Position numbers and translations under genes: made by a program. A stretch of DNA of 64,000 nt from Candidatus Marinacidobacterium sp. (GTDB lineage: Bacteria; Acidobacteriota; Vicinamibacteria; Marinacidobacterales; Marinacidobacteraceae), in contig OZ244852.1 of NCBI GenBank assembly GCA_965220965.1, forward strand, positions 824,621 through 888,620, given 5' to 3'. The notes under the pieces are model-generated. The model had not been told where the DNA came from. It did no database searches and was given only the letters and a program-made list of their open reading frames with translations. Position 1 is the first letter of the stretch, and each line of letters starts with the position of its first letter. Shown in pieces: positions 38,803 to 49,600 of the stretch.

Positions 38803-41528
38803 GGCTCGGACTCTTCGCGCTCGCCGGGGCGCTCGGGTTCGGCCTGTCGGGCCCGTCGGCGGCGTCCGGCTGGCCGGAGGGACCGGAGGCGGCGGCCGCG
38901 GCCCTGCGAAGCGGGGACTGGGAGGCCGCCGAACGCGAGTACCGCGGCTTCGTGGAGGGCCCTGGCTGCGCGCGCGACGCGGCCGCTGGCGAGAGCTGCA
39001 TCGCGGCGCGCCGCGGCCTCGCCGAGACGCTGCGCCTCACCGGTCGCTACGCCGACGCCGTCGAGGTCCTCGAAGCGGAGGCGGCGTCGTCGTCGCCCGG
39101 CGTCCTGCTGGACCGGGCCCGGATCCATCTGGAGGTCGGGGAAGCGGGCGCCGCGTCCGGGCTGCTCCGGCGGCTGCTGGTGGCGCCCGGCCCCGGTTCG
39201 CTCTCCGAGACGGTCGAGGCGGCGTCGCTTCTCGGGCGCCTCGAACTGCGGCTCGGGGAGCGCGAGTCCGGGCTGGCCCGCCTCGACGGGGTGCTGGACG
39301 CCTACAACACCGCGCCGGTCGCGGCGTTCACGCCGCGCGGCCTGGTCGCGGTGGGGACCGCGGCGGCGACCCTCGGCTTCCAGAGCTCGGGCCTCTTCCG
39401 CGACGCGCTTCGCGTCTTCGACGACGCGGCGGCGCTCGATCCCGACGACCCGGCCCCCCGCATCGCCGCCGGGGAGCTTCTCCTGTCCAAGTTCAACAGC
39501 GCCGAGGCGCTCGAGAGCTTCCAGGCGGTCCTTTCCGGGAACCCCCGGCATCCGGAGGCGCTCTTCGGTGTGGCGCGGATCCCGGCGGCGATGCGCGGCC
39601 CCCAGATCCCCGGCGCCGCGCCCGACGGGGCCGGCGGCCCCCTGGAGCGGGCGCTCGAGGCGAACCCGGTCCACCCGCCGGCGCGGGCGCTCGAGATCCA
39701 CCGGCTCCTCGAGGCCGGACGCCTCGAAGAAGCCCGGGCCCGGGCGGAGGATGCGGCGGAGGCGCTGCCGAAGGCCTCCGAAGTCCTGGTCGCGCTCGGC
39801 GCGGTTCGGTTCGTCGGTGACGACCAGGACGCGCTGCGGGACATCGAGGCGCGATTCGTCGCGGCGTGGCCGGGCGACCCGGCGTTCCACATCGGGATGG
39901 CGGAGGCGGCGGAACGCCAGCGCCTCTACCGGGAGGCGGGGGAACGGGCGAGGGCGGCGCTCGCGCTGGCGCCCGCTTCGGCGGGGGCGGCGCGGCTCCT
40001 CGGGCTGAACCAGCTTCGTCTCGGCGACATCGAGGACGGCCGGCAGACCCTCGCCGCCGCCTTCGAGCGGGATCCGTTCGACGCGCTGCTCAAGAACAAC
40101 CTCGACCTGCTCGACGAGCTCGCCGGGTTCGAGGCGCTGGAGGCGCCGCCGTTCGACATCGCGCTGCCCGCCGACGAGGCGGAGCTTCTCGGCCCCTACG
40201 TCGCCGAGGTCGCCGCCGAGGCGCTCGAGACGTTCCGGGACCGCTACGGATTCGAGCCGCAGGAGACGATCCGGATCGAGATGTACGACCGGTCGGCGGA
40301 TTTCTCGGTGCGCACCGTCGGCATCCCGGGCATCGGGGCCCACGGGGTCTGTTTCGGAGTGGTGGTCGCGATGGAGTCGCCCTCGGCGCGCGAGGTGGGG
40401 AGCTACCACTGGGCATCCACGCTGTGGCACGAGCTGGCCCATGCGGTCCACATGGGCATGACCGGCAACCGGGTTCCGCGCTGGTTCACCGAGGGCCTCA
40501 GCGTCCTTGAGGAGCGTCGCCGCTTCGGCGACGGCGCTCCGTTCCTCTTCTACGCGGCGCTTCGCGACGACCGGCTGCTCGACCTGCCGCACCTCGACGA
40601 GGGCTTCATCCGTCCGACATGGCCGGGGCAGGTGGGCGTGTCCTACTTCCACGCCTCGCTGGTGCTCGAGACGATGGAGGACCTCTACGGCTTCGGGTCG
40701 ATTCTCGCGGCGCTCAAGGGCTTCCGCGAGGGGCGCGACTTTTCGGAGACGCTCCAGGAGACCGCCGGAGTGTCCGCCGAGGAGCTCGACGAGCTGGTGG
40801 ACGCGGTGATCGAGGAGCGCTACGGCGCGGCGGCCCGGAACCTCTCGCAGCCTCCGGGCCCGCGCGGCGGGGTTGGGCCGCCGGCGCCGGCGGCTCCGGC
40901 GCAAGGGGCGGTTGGCGGTCCGGACGAGCTGCTGGCGGCGGCCGACGCCGCGCCGGAGGACTTCGTGCGCCAGTTGCGCGCCGGAGCGGCGCTCGCCGAG
41001 GCCGGGCGGGACGAGGAGGCGGAGGAGCGCCTGATGCGCGCGCTGGAGATCGCCCCCGGCTACGGGGGAGCGGACGGGCCCCGGCTCTTCCTGTCGCGGA
41101 TCCACGAGCGCGCCGGGCGAACCCTCGAGGCGGAGCGGGCGCTCTCGGAACATCTGGCCCGGGCGCCGGCCGCTTACGAGGAGTGGGTCCGGCTCGCCGC
41201 CTTGCGCCGCGACGCCGGCAACCTCCGCGGGGCGGCGGCCGCGCTGACCGCCGCCGGGGGGGCGTACCCGTTCTTTCCCGAGTCCCACATCCAGCTCGCG
41301 GATCTGGCGGCCGAACTCGGTGAGACCGGTCTCGAGATCAGGGAGCGCGAGGCGGTTCTCGCCTCGGGCGCTCCCGACCGCGCCGAAGCCCTCTACCGCC
41401 TGGCGCTCGCCCACGCCCGCGCCGGGGAACCGGCGAGAGCTCGTCGCCGGGTTCTCGAGGCGCTCGAGATCGCGCCGACCTACGACCCGGCGCTGCGGCT
41501 GCTGGTGGATCTCCGGAGCGCGCGATGA
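38799..41528 (+). CDS. Secreted TPR-repeat protein with an embedded HExxH (peptidase MA-like) domain
   Basis: GTG start overlapping the upstream stop. Signal peptide. Multiple TPR-like helices flank a central segment with WHELAHAVHMGMTGNRVPRWFTEGLSVLEE (HExxH followed by a downstream Glu). Confidence 0.55.
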   Translation: MRLGLFALAGALGFGLSGPSAASGWPEGPEAAAAALRSGDWEAAEREYRGFVEGPGCARDAAAGESCIAARRGLAETLRLTGRYADAVEVLEAEAASSSPGVLLDRARIHLEVGEAGAASGLLRRLLVAPGPGSLSETVEAASLLGRLELRLGERESGLARLDGVLDAYNTAPVAAFTPRGLVAVGTAAATLGFQSSGLFRDALRVFDDAAALDPDDPAPRIAAGELLLSKFNSAEALESFQAVLSGNPRHPEALFGVARIPAAMRGPQIPGAAPDGAGGPLERALEANPVHPPARALEIHRLLEAGRLEEARARAEDAAEALPKASEVLVALGAVRFVGDDQDALRDIEARFVAAWPGDPAFHIGMAEAAERQRLYREAGERARAALALAPASAGAARLLGLNQLRLGDIEDGRQTLAAAFERDPFDALLKNNLDLLDELAGFEALEAPPFDIALPADEAELLGPYVAEVAAEALETFRDRYGFEPQETIRIEMYDRSADFSVRTVGIPGIGAHGVCFGVVVAMESPSAREVGSYHWASTLWHELAHAVHMGMTGNRVPRWFTEGLSVLEERRRFGDGAPFLFYAALRDDRLLDLPHLDEGFIRPTWPGQVGVSYFHASLVLETMEDLYGFGSILAALKGFREGRDFSETLQETAGVSAEELDELVDAVIEERYGAAARNLSQPPGPRGGVGPPAPAAPAQGAVGGPDELLAAADAAPEDFVRQLRAGAALAEAGRDEEAEERLMRALEIAPGYGGADGPRLFLSRIHERAGRTLEAERALSEHLARAPAAYEEWVRLAALRRDAGNLRGAAAALTAAGGAYPFFPESHIQLADLAAELGETGLEIREREAVLASGAPDRAEALYRLALAHARAGEPARARRRVLEALEIAPTYDPALRLLVDLRSAR

Positions 41529-42394
41529 GACCCCGGCTCGTCGTCGTCGCGGTGGTCGCCGCCCTGCTCGTCGGCGCCGGCGGTCTGGTCGCGGCGGGCT
41601 GGGCCACCGCCGGCTGGAGCGTGGCCGGGCTGCCCGGAATCGGGGTGGCCGGATCCGGCGCCGACGAGCTGACCGCGACCTTCCGCCCCGATCCGAACGC
41701 TGTAGAGCTGCCTCTCGACTACGAGAACCGGCGCTACGACGATGAGTTCACCTTCGCGCGCATCCGGTTCGAGCCGCCCGCCTACCGCCGGGGCCGGTTC
41801 TACTGGGGCCTCGACCTGAAGTGGAACCACGACTACCCCTGGGGCGAGGAGAACCTTGCGCTCATCCTCTCCGAGTACACGTCGATCCAGGTGAAGCAGG
41901 GCGTGGGGGATATCTGGTCCCTCAACGAGCCCGAACTCTTCCGCCGTCCCTTCGCCTACCTCTGCGAGGTGGGGTTCTGGCATCCGAGCCCGCAGGAGGC
42001 CGAGAACCTGCGGGCCTGGCTCCTCAAGGGGGGCTTCCTCGTCGTGGACGACTTCTTCGAGCCGTTCGCGCTCGGGAACTTTCTCGAGCAGATGGAGCTG
42101 GTTCTGCCCGGCTACGATGCGGTGAGGCTGGACGTGACCCATCCGGTCTTCGACTCCTTCTTCCACATCGAGACCCTCGATTTCGAGCACCCGGGGCTGC
42201 CCCACCTCGTTCCCGAGTACTACGGTTTCTTCGAGGACAACGATCCGACCCGGCGACTCATGCTGATCGCCAACTACAACCACGACATCGGCGACTACTG
42301 GGAGCACTCGGGGAGCGACTTCTGGCCGGTCGCGCTGACGAACGAGGCGTTCAAGTTCGGTGTCAACTACGTCATCTACGGGATGACGCACTGA
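41525..42394 (+). CDS. DUF4159-family protein (paralog 2)
   Basis: ATG overlapping the upstream stop; signal peptide; conserved …AYLCEVGFWHPSPQEAENLRAWLLKGGFLVVDDFF… and …GVNYVIYGMTH. Confidence 0.65.
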   Translation: MRPRLVVVAVVAALLVGAGGLVAAGWATAGWSVAGLPGIGVAGSGADELTATFRPDPNAVELPLDYENRRYDDEFTFARIRFEPPAYRRGRFYWGLDLKWNHDYPWGEENLALILSEYTSIQVKQGVGDIWSLNEPELFRRPFAYLCEVGFWHPSPQEAENLRAWLLKGGFLVVDDFFEPFALGNFLEQMELVLPGYDAVRLDVTHPVFDSFFHIETLDFEHPGLPHLVPEYYGFFEDNDPTRRLMLIANYNHDIGDYWEHSGSDFWPVALTNEAFKFGVNYVIYGMTH

Positions 42395-42424
42395 CGGGCC
42401 CTGAGCCCGGACAAGGAGATCTCC

Positions 42425-43516
42425 TTGACTGAAGACGCAAGGGAAGCCGGCGGCGCCGCGCTCGCCGCCGCCCCCGACGAGACCGCGATCGAGGCTCCCG
42501 CCGGGGGGGCCCTCACCGTGTCCGACGCCGATATCGCCGGACAACTGCGGGACGCCACCGAGCGGATCACCGCCGAGATCGGCAAGCGGATCATCGGCCA
42601 GGAGACAGCGCTCGAGCAGGTCCTCATCAGCCTCTTCGTCGGGGGCAACAGCATCATCACCGGCGTTCCCGGCCTCGCCAAGACGCTCATCGTGCAGACG
42701 CTCTCCGAGGTGCTGTCGCTCGATTTCCGGCGCATCCAGTTCACCCCGGACCTGATGCCCTCGGACATCACCGGCACCGACATCATCCAGGAGAACCCCG
42801 AGACCGGGAAGCGGAACCTGGTCTTCGTGAAGGGCCCGGTCTTCTCGAACATCGTGCTGGCGGACGAAATCAACCGGACGCCTCCGAAGACGCAGTCGGC
42901 GCTCCTGGAGGCGATGCAGGAGCACCAGGTCACGGTGCAGGGCCGGACCTACCCGCTCCCCGAGCCCTACTTCGTCTTCGCCACGCAGAACCCCATCGAG
43001 CTCGAGGGGACCTACCCGCTCCCCGAGGCCCAGCTCGACCGTTTCCTGTTCAACATCATCATCGACTACCTGCCGGTGGAGCAGGAACGCGAGGTCGTGC
43101 GCGAGACGACCTCGGACGAGACCGCCGAGCTCCGGCAGGTCCTCTCCGGCGAGCAGATCGTCGAGTTCCAGCATCTGGTCCGCCGGGTGCCGGTGACCGA
43201 TGCGGTGCTGGCCTACGCGGTGGATCTGGCGCGGCGCACCCGGCCCGGATCGTCGGCGGCGCCGGCGTTCATCCGCGAGCAGGTGGAGTACGGCGCGAGC
43301 GTCCGGGCGGCCCAGTTCGCCATCCTCGCCGGGAAGGCGCGCGCGCTCATGCGGGGCCGTCATCACGTGGCGGTCGAGGACATCCGCGCGCTCGCCGCGC
43401 CCATCTTCCGCCACCGCATCCTGCCCAGCTTCCAGGCGCGGGCCGAGAAGATCGACTCCGAGGCGATCATCGCCCGCGTTCTCGAGGAGACGCCGCTCCC
43501 GGCGTCCCGGATGTAG
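42425..43516 (+). CDS. MoxR-family AAA+ ATPase
   Basis: Walker A GVPGLAKT; Walker B VLADEINR; typical MoxR length of about 330–360 aa. Putative TTG start. Confidence 0.85.
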   Translation: MTEDAREAGGAALAAAPDETAIEAPAGGALTVSDADIAGQLRDATERITAEIGKRIIGQETALEQVLISLFVGGNSIITGVPGLAKTLIVQTLSEVLSLDFRRIQFTPDLMPSDITGTDIIQENPETGKRNLVFVKGPVFSNIVLADEINRTPPKTQSALLEAMQEHQVTVQGRTYPLPEPYFVFATQNPIELEGTYPLPEAQLDRFLFNIIIDYLPVEQEREVVRETTSDETAELRQVLSGEQIVEFQHLVRRVPVTDAVLAYAVDLARRTRPGSSAAPAFIREQVEYGASVRAAQFAILAGKARALMRGRHHVAVEDIRALAAPIFRHRILPSFQARAEKIDSEAIIARVLEETPLPASRM

Positions 43517-43568
43517 GAATCGGGCTTGAACTCCAGCGCTCGTCGGCGCGCGGTATCCGCGAGGAACG

Positions 43569-44522
43569 ATGGATAGCGCCCGGTTCGTGGACCCGGTCGC
43601 GCTCGCGCGGATCGGCAACCTGTCGCTGGTGGCCCGGATGGTCGTCCAGGGGTTCATCAGCGGGCTTCACCGCTCCTCGGTTCTGGGCCGCTCGATCGAC
43701 TTCGCCGAGCACCGGCCCTACATGCCGGGGGACGACATCCGCCGCCTCGACTGGCGGCTGTTCGCACGCTCCGACCGGTTCCACGTGAAGGAGTTCGAGG
43801 CGGACACCAACGCCAACTTCGTGGTGGCGCTCGACGCTTCGCGCTCGATGGACTACGGCCTCGCCGGCGCCAGAAAACTCGACTACGCCCGGATGCTGGC
43901 GGGCAGCCTGACGGCCTTCTCCCGCTCGCAGCGCGACCGGGTGGGCCTCGGGGTGTTCGACGACGACCTGCTCGAGTTCGTCCCGCCGTCGGCCCGCCAT
44001 CTGGACACCGTGCTCGAGCATCTGGCGCGCGCGGAGCCTCCCCCGGGCGCCGCCTCGGGCGGGGAGGGGTCGCGGCTCTCCCGGCCGCTCCGGAGCCTGG
44101 GGGCCGCGCTCGGCCGGCGAGGCCTGGTGGCGGTCGTCTCTGACCTCTACGAGTCGCCGGAGGACATCCTCACCGCGTTCGACGCGCTGCGGGCCACCGG
44201 CCACGACCTTATGGTCTTCCACGTCCTCGACCCCTCCGAGCTGGACCTCGATCTGAGCGGAACCCCCGGCTTCGAGGAGTCGGGCGCGCGGTTCCAGGAT
44301 CTGGAGTCCGGCGCGGTGCTCGACCTGTCCCCCTCGAAAGCGCGCGCCGCCTATCGGTCCGCGATGGAGGAGCACATCGCCGAGTTGCGCGCCGGCTTCG
44401 GCCGCGCCGGCGTGGACTACATCCTGACGGACACTTCGGTCCCGCTCGACTTCGTGCTGTTCCGCTATCTCGTCGAGCGCGAGAACCGGATCGGCGCCCG
44501 GAGAGGGGCCCAGCGGCAGTGA
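43569..44522 (+). CDS. DUF58 domain protein (MoxR-partner, VWA-like)
   Basis: …DFAEHRPYMPGDDIRRLDWRLFARSDRFHVKEFEADTN… is the DUF58 core. Lies immediately downstream of the MoxR gene. Confidence 0.8.
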   Translation: MDSARFVDPVALARIGNLSLVARMVVQGFISGLHRSSVLGRSIDFAEHRPYMPGDDIRRLDWRLFARSDRFHVKEFEADTNANFVVALDASRSMDYGLAGARKLDYARMLAGSLTAFSRSQRDRVGLGVFDDDLLEFVPPSARHLDTVLEHLARAEPPPGAASGGEGSRLSRPLRSLGAALGRRGLVAVVSDLYESPEDILTAFDALRATGHDLMVFHVLDPSELDLDLSGTPGFEESGARFQDLESGAVLDLSPSKARAAYRSAMEEHIAELRAGFGRAGVDYILTDTSVPLDFVLFRYLVERENRIGARRGAQRQ

Positions 44523-46594
44523 GTTTCCTCGCCCCCCTCTTCCTGCTCGGCGGCCTGCTCGTCGCGCTCCCCATCGTCCTGCATCTGACGCGGCGGCGCC
44601 GCGAGCCGATCCCGTTCCCGTCGTTCCTGCTGCTCCGCGCCACGGCGGCCACCGCCCGCTGGAAGCGCCGGCGGTTCCGCCACATCCCGCTCCTGATCCT
44701 GCGCTGCCTCGCGCTCGCGCTCATCGCCGCCGCCTTCGCCCGGCCGCTGATGGAGCGGGACGAGACGGATCCGGCCAGCGCCGCGGCGCCGCTGGACCTC
44801 GCAGTGCTGCTCGACCGCTCGGCGAGCATGGCGATCCCGGGGCGCATGGACGCGGCGCGGGCGGCCGCGCTCGAGGAGCTCGGCGCGCTCGGCCGCGGAG
44901 ACCGCGCGCTCGTCGCCTCCTTCGCCGACCGGGCGGTGGGGCTCTCGGAACTCACCGAGGACATCGACGCGCTCCGCGCTGAAGTCGACCGGATCGTCCC
45001 CGGCGACGGCGCCACCCGGTTCTCGGCGGCGCTCGGCCTCGCCGGAAGACTGCTCCCCGCAACCCGCGGCCGGCGGCGGGAGGTCGTGTTGATTTCCGAC
45101 CTGCAGCGCACCGGTTTCGAGGACGGGATCCCGTCCCCGAGCCTGCCGCCGGGCGTCGGGCTTCGCGTCCGCCGGGTCGGAGGCGAGCCGCCGCGCAACC
45201 TCGGGGTTCGCGAGGTCCAGGTCGCGGCCGACGGCGGAGATCGGATCGCGGTCACCGCCTCGCTCCAGGTCGCCGGCGTCGCACCGGAGGAGACGGTCGA
45301 GGCCACGGCGGAGCTTTGGGTCGCGGGCGAGGCGGTGGACCGGCAGACGGTTTCGCTCGCCGGGGACCGCGCCGCGAGCGTGCGGTTTGCCTCGACCCCC
45401 GCGCCCACCGAGGCGCGCGAGGCCGAGGTCCGGCTGCCCGAAGATGCGTTCGCCGCGGACAACCGGTTGCGGTTCGTGATCCCGAGCGAGGCCGCGCTTC
45501 CGGTCACCGATCTCGGGGACGCGGACGCGCTCCACGTCCGTGAGGCGCTCGCGGTCGGGGTCGCTCCGGCCTTCGCGGTGTCCTCGGGACCGCTTCGGGG
45601 CGAGTCGGCGGTGGGCGCGGCGCTCGGCGGCGCCCGCGCGGCGCTCCTTCGGGATCCGGGTCGGCTGGACACCGGGGGCGCCCGCGCCGTGGCCGATTTC
45701 GTGCGCGGCGGCGGCGGAGTCGTGGCGGCGGTCGGATCCCGACGCATCCCGGATGCGGTGTGGGCGGAGCTCGAGGGGGTGTTTCCGGCGGCGGTCGGCG
45801 GCGTCGTGGACCGGGAGCCCGCCGGGCGCATCGGCGAGCTGAGCCGGCACCCGGTGTTCGCTCCGTTCACCGGGGAAGCGGCGTCTTCGCTGTCCCGCTC
45901 CGCGGTGTACCGCTACCGGGCGCTCTCCGAGCTGGCGGAAGGCGTCGAGACGCTGGCCCGCTTCGACGACGGCCGCCCGGCGCTTCTTTCGCGACGGACC
46001 GGAGAGGGGGTCGTCCTGCTGTTCGCCTCCTCGCTGGACGCCCGCTGGAACGATCTGCCGCGCCGACCGGCGTTCGTGCCGTTCCTGCACCGGATGGTGG
46101 AAGTGGCGGCCCGCCACGAGCGCCTCCCGGTGGCCTATCGGGTGGGCGACAGCGTCGAGCCGGTCCGGGCGTTCGGGTTGTCCGCGCCCGACGGCGACGC
46201 CGAGGTCCTCGTCGAGTCCCCCTCCGGCGAACGGGTCGTGATCCCGGACGCCGGCGCGCTGCGGATGGAGGAGGCCGGGTTCTTCCGCGGCCGGCGGACC
46301 GGCGCGGTGGGCGGAGCCCCGATTGCGGCGAACCCCGCTCCCGGGGAGGCCGACCTGCGGGTCTTCGACGTCGAGGAGGTTCGCCTCGGGGCGGCGGCGC
46401 GGGGGGTGGAGGCTGGTCCGGAGGGCGAGGCGGACGCCGCCGCGGACGCCGGATTCCTCCCGGGGACTCCGCTCTGGTGGGCGCTCCTCGTGGTCCTCGG
46501 CTTGCTCCTCGTGGTCGAGGTCATGACCGCGAACCGTTTCACGCCGTCGCGCGCCCGCGCCGGGCGCGATCCCGGCTCCTATACTGTGGCCTGA
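44519..46594 (+). CDS. BatA-like VWA membrane protein with an N-terminal double transmembrane domain
   Basis: GTG overlapping the upstream stop. MSFLAPLFLLGGLLVALPIVLHL…RRREP is the N-terminal double-TM BatA-type signature; VWA motif AVLLDRSASM; C-terminal transmembrane helix. Confidence 0.75.
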   Translation: MSFLAPLFLLGGLLVALPIVLHLTRRRREPIPFPSFLLLRATAATARWKRRRFRHIPLLILRCLALALIAAAFARPLMERDETDPASAAAPLDLAVLLDRSASMAIPGRMDAARAAALEELGALGRGDRALVASFADRAVGLSELTEDIDALRAEVDRIVPGDGATRFSAALGLAGRLLPATRGRRREVVLISDLQRTGFEDGIPSPSLPPGVGLRVRRVGGEPPRNLGVREVQVAADGGDRIAVTASLQVAGVAPEETVEATAELWVAGEAVDRQTVSLAGDRAASVRFASTPAPTEAREAEVRLPEDAFAADNRLRFVIPSEAALPVTDLGDADALHVREALAVGVAPAFAVSSGPLRGESAVGAALGGARAALLRDPGRLDTGGARAVADFVRGGGGVVAAVGSRRIPDAVWAELEGVFPAAVGGVVDREPAGRIGELSRHPVFAPFTGEAASSLSRSAVYRYRALSELAEGVETLARFDDGRPALLSRRTGEGVVLLFASSLDARWNDLPRRPAFVPFLHRMVEVAARHERLPVAYRVGDSVEPVRAFGLSAPDGDAEVLVESPSGERVVIPDAGALRMEEAGFFRGRRTGAVGGAPIAANPAPGEADLRVFDVEEVRLGAAARGVEAGPEGEADAAADAGFLPGTPLWWALLVVLGLLLVVEVMTANRFTPSRARAGRDPGSYTVA

Positions 46595-46615
46595 CCGGCA
46601 AGGAGCGCCCCTTCC

Positions 46616-49600
46616 ATGGAGACCCTCGGGCTCGACCCCACTCCCCGCAGTCCTTTCGAACCGACGCCCGGGGAGCGGTATGAGGAGCTGATCCGGGTCA
46701 TCCGGCGCGTGCGCTCGCGCTGGCGCACCCGGCGGCTGCTCCTCGGCGGCGCGGCGCTCGCGGTGGCGGGGGTGGTGCTGGTCGGCGGTTCGTCGGCCAT
46801 CCTCGAGGCGGCGCGCTATGCGCCGTGGGCGGTCCGGGGGCTCGCGGCGCTGACCTGGACGCTGCTCGCCATCGCGGTCTGGCGGTTCGTTGCGAGGCCG
46901 CTCCGCTCCCGGGTGAGCGACCGGCGGGTCGCGCTCTACGTCGAGGAGCACGACCCGACGCTTCGCGAGGCGGTCATCAGCGGCGTCGAGCTGGGGAAGG
47001 AGCTCGACCACAAGGGAGGGGCGAGGCCGGGGTTCTCCCCGGAGCTGACCCGGCTGGTCGTCGAGGAGGCGATCCGGCGCTGTGAGGAGATGGACGCCGG
47101 CCGGAACATCGAGACCGGCGGCCTCCGCCGCGCCGCGGGCGCGCTCGCCACCGCGGTGGGCGTGGCCTTCGTGGCCTCCATCCTCGCGCCGTCCGACCTC
47201 TGGCGCGGGGTTTCGCTGCTGGTCGCTCCCTGGGGGGACATCGACGACCGGAACCCCTACCGGGTTCTCGTCGAGCCGGGCGATGCGGCGATCGCGCGGG
47301 GATCCGACATGTGGATCTCGGCGACCCTCGAGGGCTTCGACACCGAGAGGGTGGATCTCCACCTCCAGGCGGCGGACGGGGAAGGCTGGGAGGTCCTCGG
47401 GATGACTCCGGACCCCGAAGCGGGCGGGTTCCGCCATCTGCTGCTTGGCGTGCCGGAGGCCACCGATTACTTCGTCGACGCCGATGGCGTCCGGTCCCCG
47501 ACCTTCCGGATCGAGGTTGAGGACGCGCCCTACGTGGCGCGCATCGGGGTGCGCTACGAGTATCCGGCGCACACCGGGCTGACGCCGCGCGAGGTCGAAG
47601 AGGGCGGCGACCTGGTCGCGGTCGGGGGCACCCGGGTCACGCTCCACGTGGAGTCGACGATCCCGGCGTCCAGCGGCGTGCTGCGGCTGGATCCGGGTGA
47701 AGAAGAGCTGCCGCTCGTTCCGGTGGCGCCCGACGAAGAGGCCGCGCCGGCCGGAAGCCGTCCGGCGATGACCGCCGAACTCGTGCTGCGCGAGAGCGGC
47801 GCCTACCGGATCTCGCTCGCCGGCCCGGATGGCGCGCTCCGGACCGCCTCGCGCGACTACCGCATCGAGGTGCTGGAGGATCTCCCCCCGATCGTCCGGT
47901 TCCTGCGGCCCGGAAGGGATCTGACCTCGAGTCCGGTGGAGGAGGTCTTCACCGAGGTCGCCGCCGAGGACGACTTCGCGCTGGACCGGGTCGAGATCCG
48001 GCTCTCGGTCAACGGGGGAGAGGAGAGCGGGTTCGTGCTGGCTTCGGGCGGCGCCCGTTCCGAAGTCCAGTCGGGGCACACCATCTTCCTCGAGGAGCAC
48101 GACCTCGTTCCCGGGGATCTCGTCTCGTATTACGCGCTGGCGCGCGACGGGGCCGGCGCCGAGTCCTCGACCGACATGTATTTCGTGGCGGTGCGGCCGT
48201 TCGACCGGACCTACCGCCAGGCGGATGCGATGCCCGGCGGTGGGGGCGGCGCCGGTGGCGGGGAAGGGCTCGACGGGACGCTCACCCTGCGGCAGCGGCA
48301 GATCGTGGTGGCGACCTTCAAGGTGCTGCGCGACCGCGAGCGGATGACCGACGCGGCGGTTTCGGAGACGGTCGCCACGCTCGGGCTCGCCCAGGGCCGG
48401 CTCCGCGAGCAGGTCGGCACGCTGAACCGGCGGCTCCAGAACCGCGGCATCGGCCTCTCGCCGGAGTTCGGCGAGATCGTCCAGCACCTCGACGCCGGGC
48501 TCATCGAGATGACAGCCGCCGAGGAGTCCCTGGTCGGCGGCGACCCGGAGGCCGCGCTCCCGAGGGAACAGAAGGCCTTGACCCACCTGCAGCGCGCCGA
48601 CGCAGTGTTCCGGGATGTCCAGGTCGCCTTCAACCAGGGCGGCGGTGGAGGCGGTGGCGGCGGCGCTCCGCCCCAGGCGGAGGATCTGGCCGATCTCTTC
48701 GAGCTCGAGATGGACAAGCTCCGGAACCAGTACGAGACGGTGGAGCAGTCCCAGCGGGCTTCGTCCGACAACGAGGTGGACGAGATCCTCGAACGGCTCG
48801 CGGAGCTGGCGCGCCGTCAGGAGCAGGAGAACGAGCGGCTCCGCCGGGGCATGCAGGCGCCTCCCGGCGCGGGCGGCGGCAACGGGCAGGATCAGCTCGC
48901 CGCCGAGACCGAGGACATGGCCCGCCGGCTGGAGCGCCTCGCCCGTGAGCGGTCCCGTCCGGACCTCGCGGCCGTCTCCCGGCGCCTGCGGGAAGCGGCC
49001 TCGGAGATGCGGGCGGCGAACAGCCGGAACCCCGGCGAGGGCCTCGAGAGCGGCATGTCGGCCGCCAGTTCGCTGCGCGGCGCGCGGCGCGATCTGGACC
49101 GCGGGCGGCGGGATCGTCTCGCTCGCGACGTGGAGTCCGCCGAGGAGGAGGCCAAGCGCCTCCGGTCGGCGCAGGACCGGATCCGTTCGGCGGTGCAGGA
49201 TCTCGAGGGCGAGCGGACCCGCCAGGCCGTCGACGCGATCTCGGAGCAGAAGGAAGAGCTTGTGGAGCGCGTCCAGGATCTGGAGCGGCGCCTCGACGAG
49301 GTCAGCCGCGACTGGAGCGGCGACGAGCCCGAGGCCGCGCGCGCGGTGGGCGCCGCCGCCGACGGCATCCGCGACCGGAAACTGAAGGAGAAGATCCACT
49401 ACTCCCGGGGGGTGGCCGCCCAGCGCTCGACCGACTACGCCGACCAGTTCGAGGAGATGATCGGCCGCGACCTCGAGGCGCTCGAGGAAGATCTCGCCTC
49501 CGCGCGCCGCGCGGTCGAGGGCTCGGACCGGGCGGAGCAGGATTCGGTGCTCGAGCGCGCCGAGTCGCTGGTGCGCGGTCTGGAGGCCATGCGGAACCGG

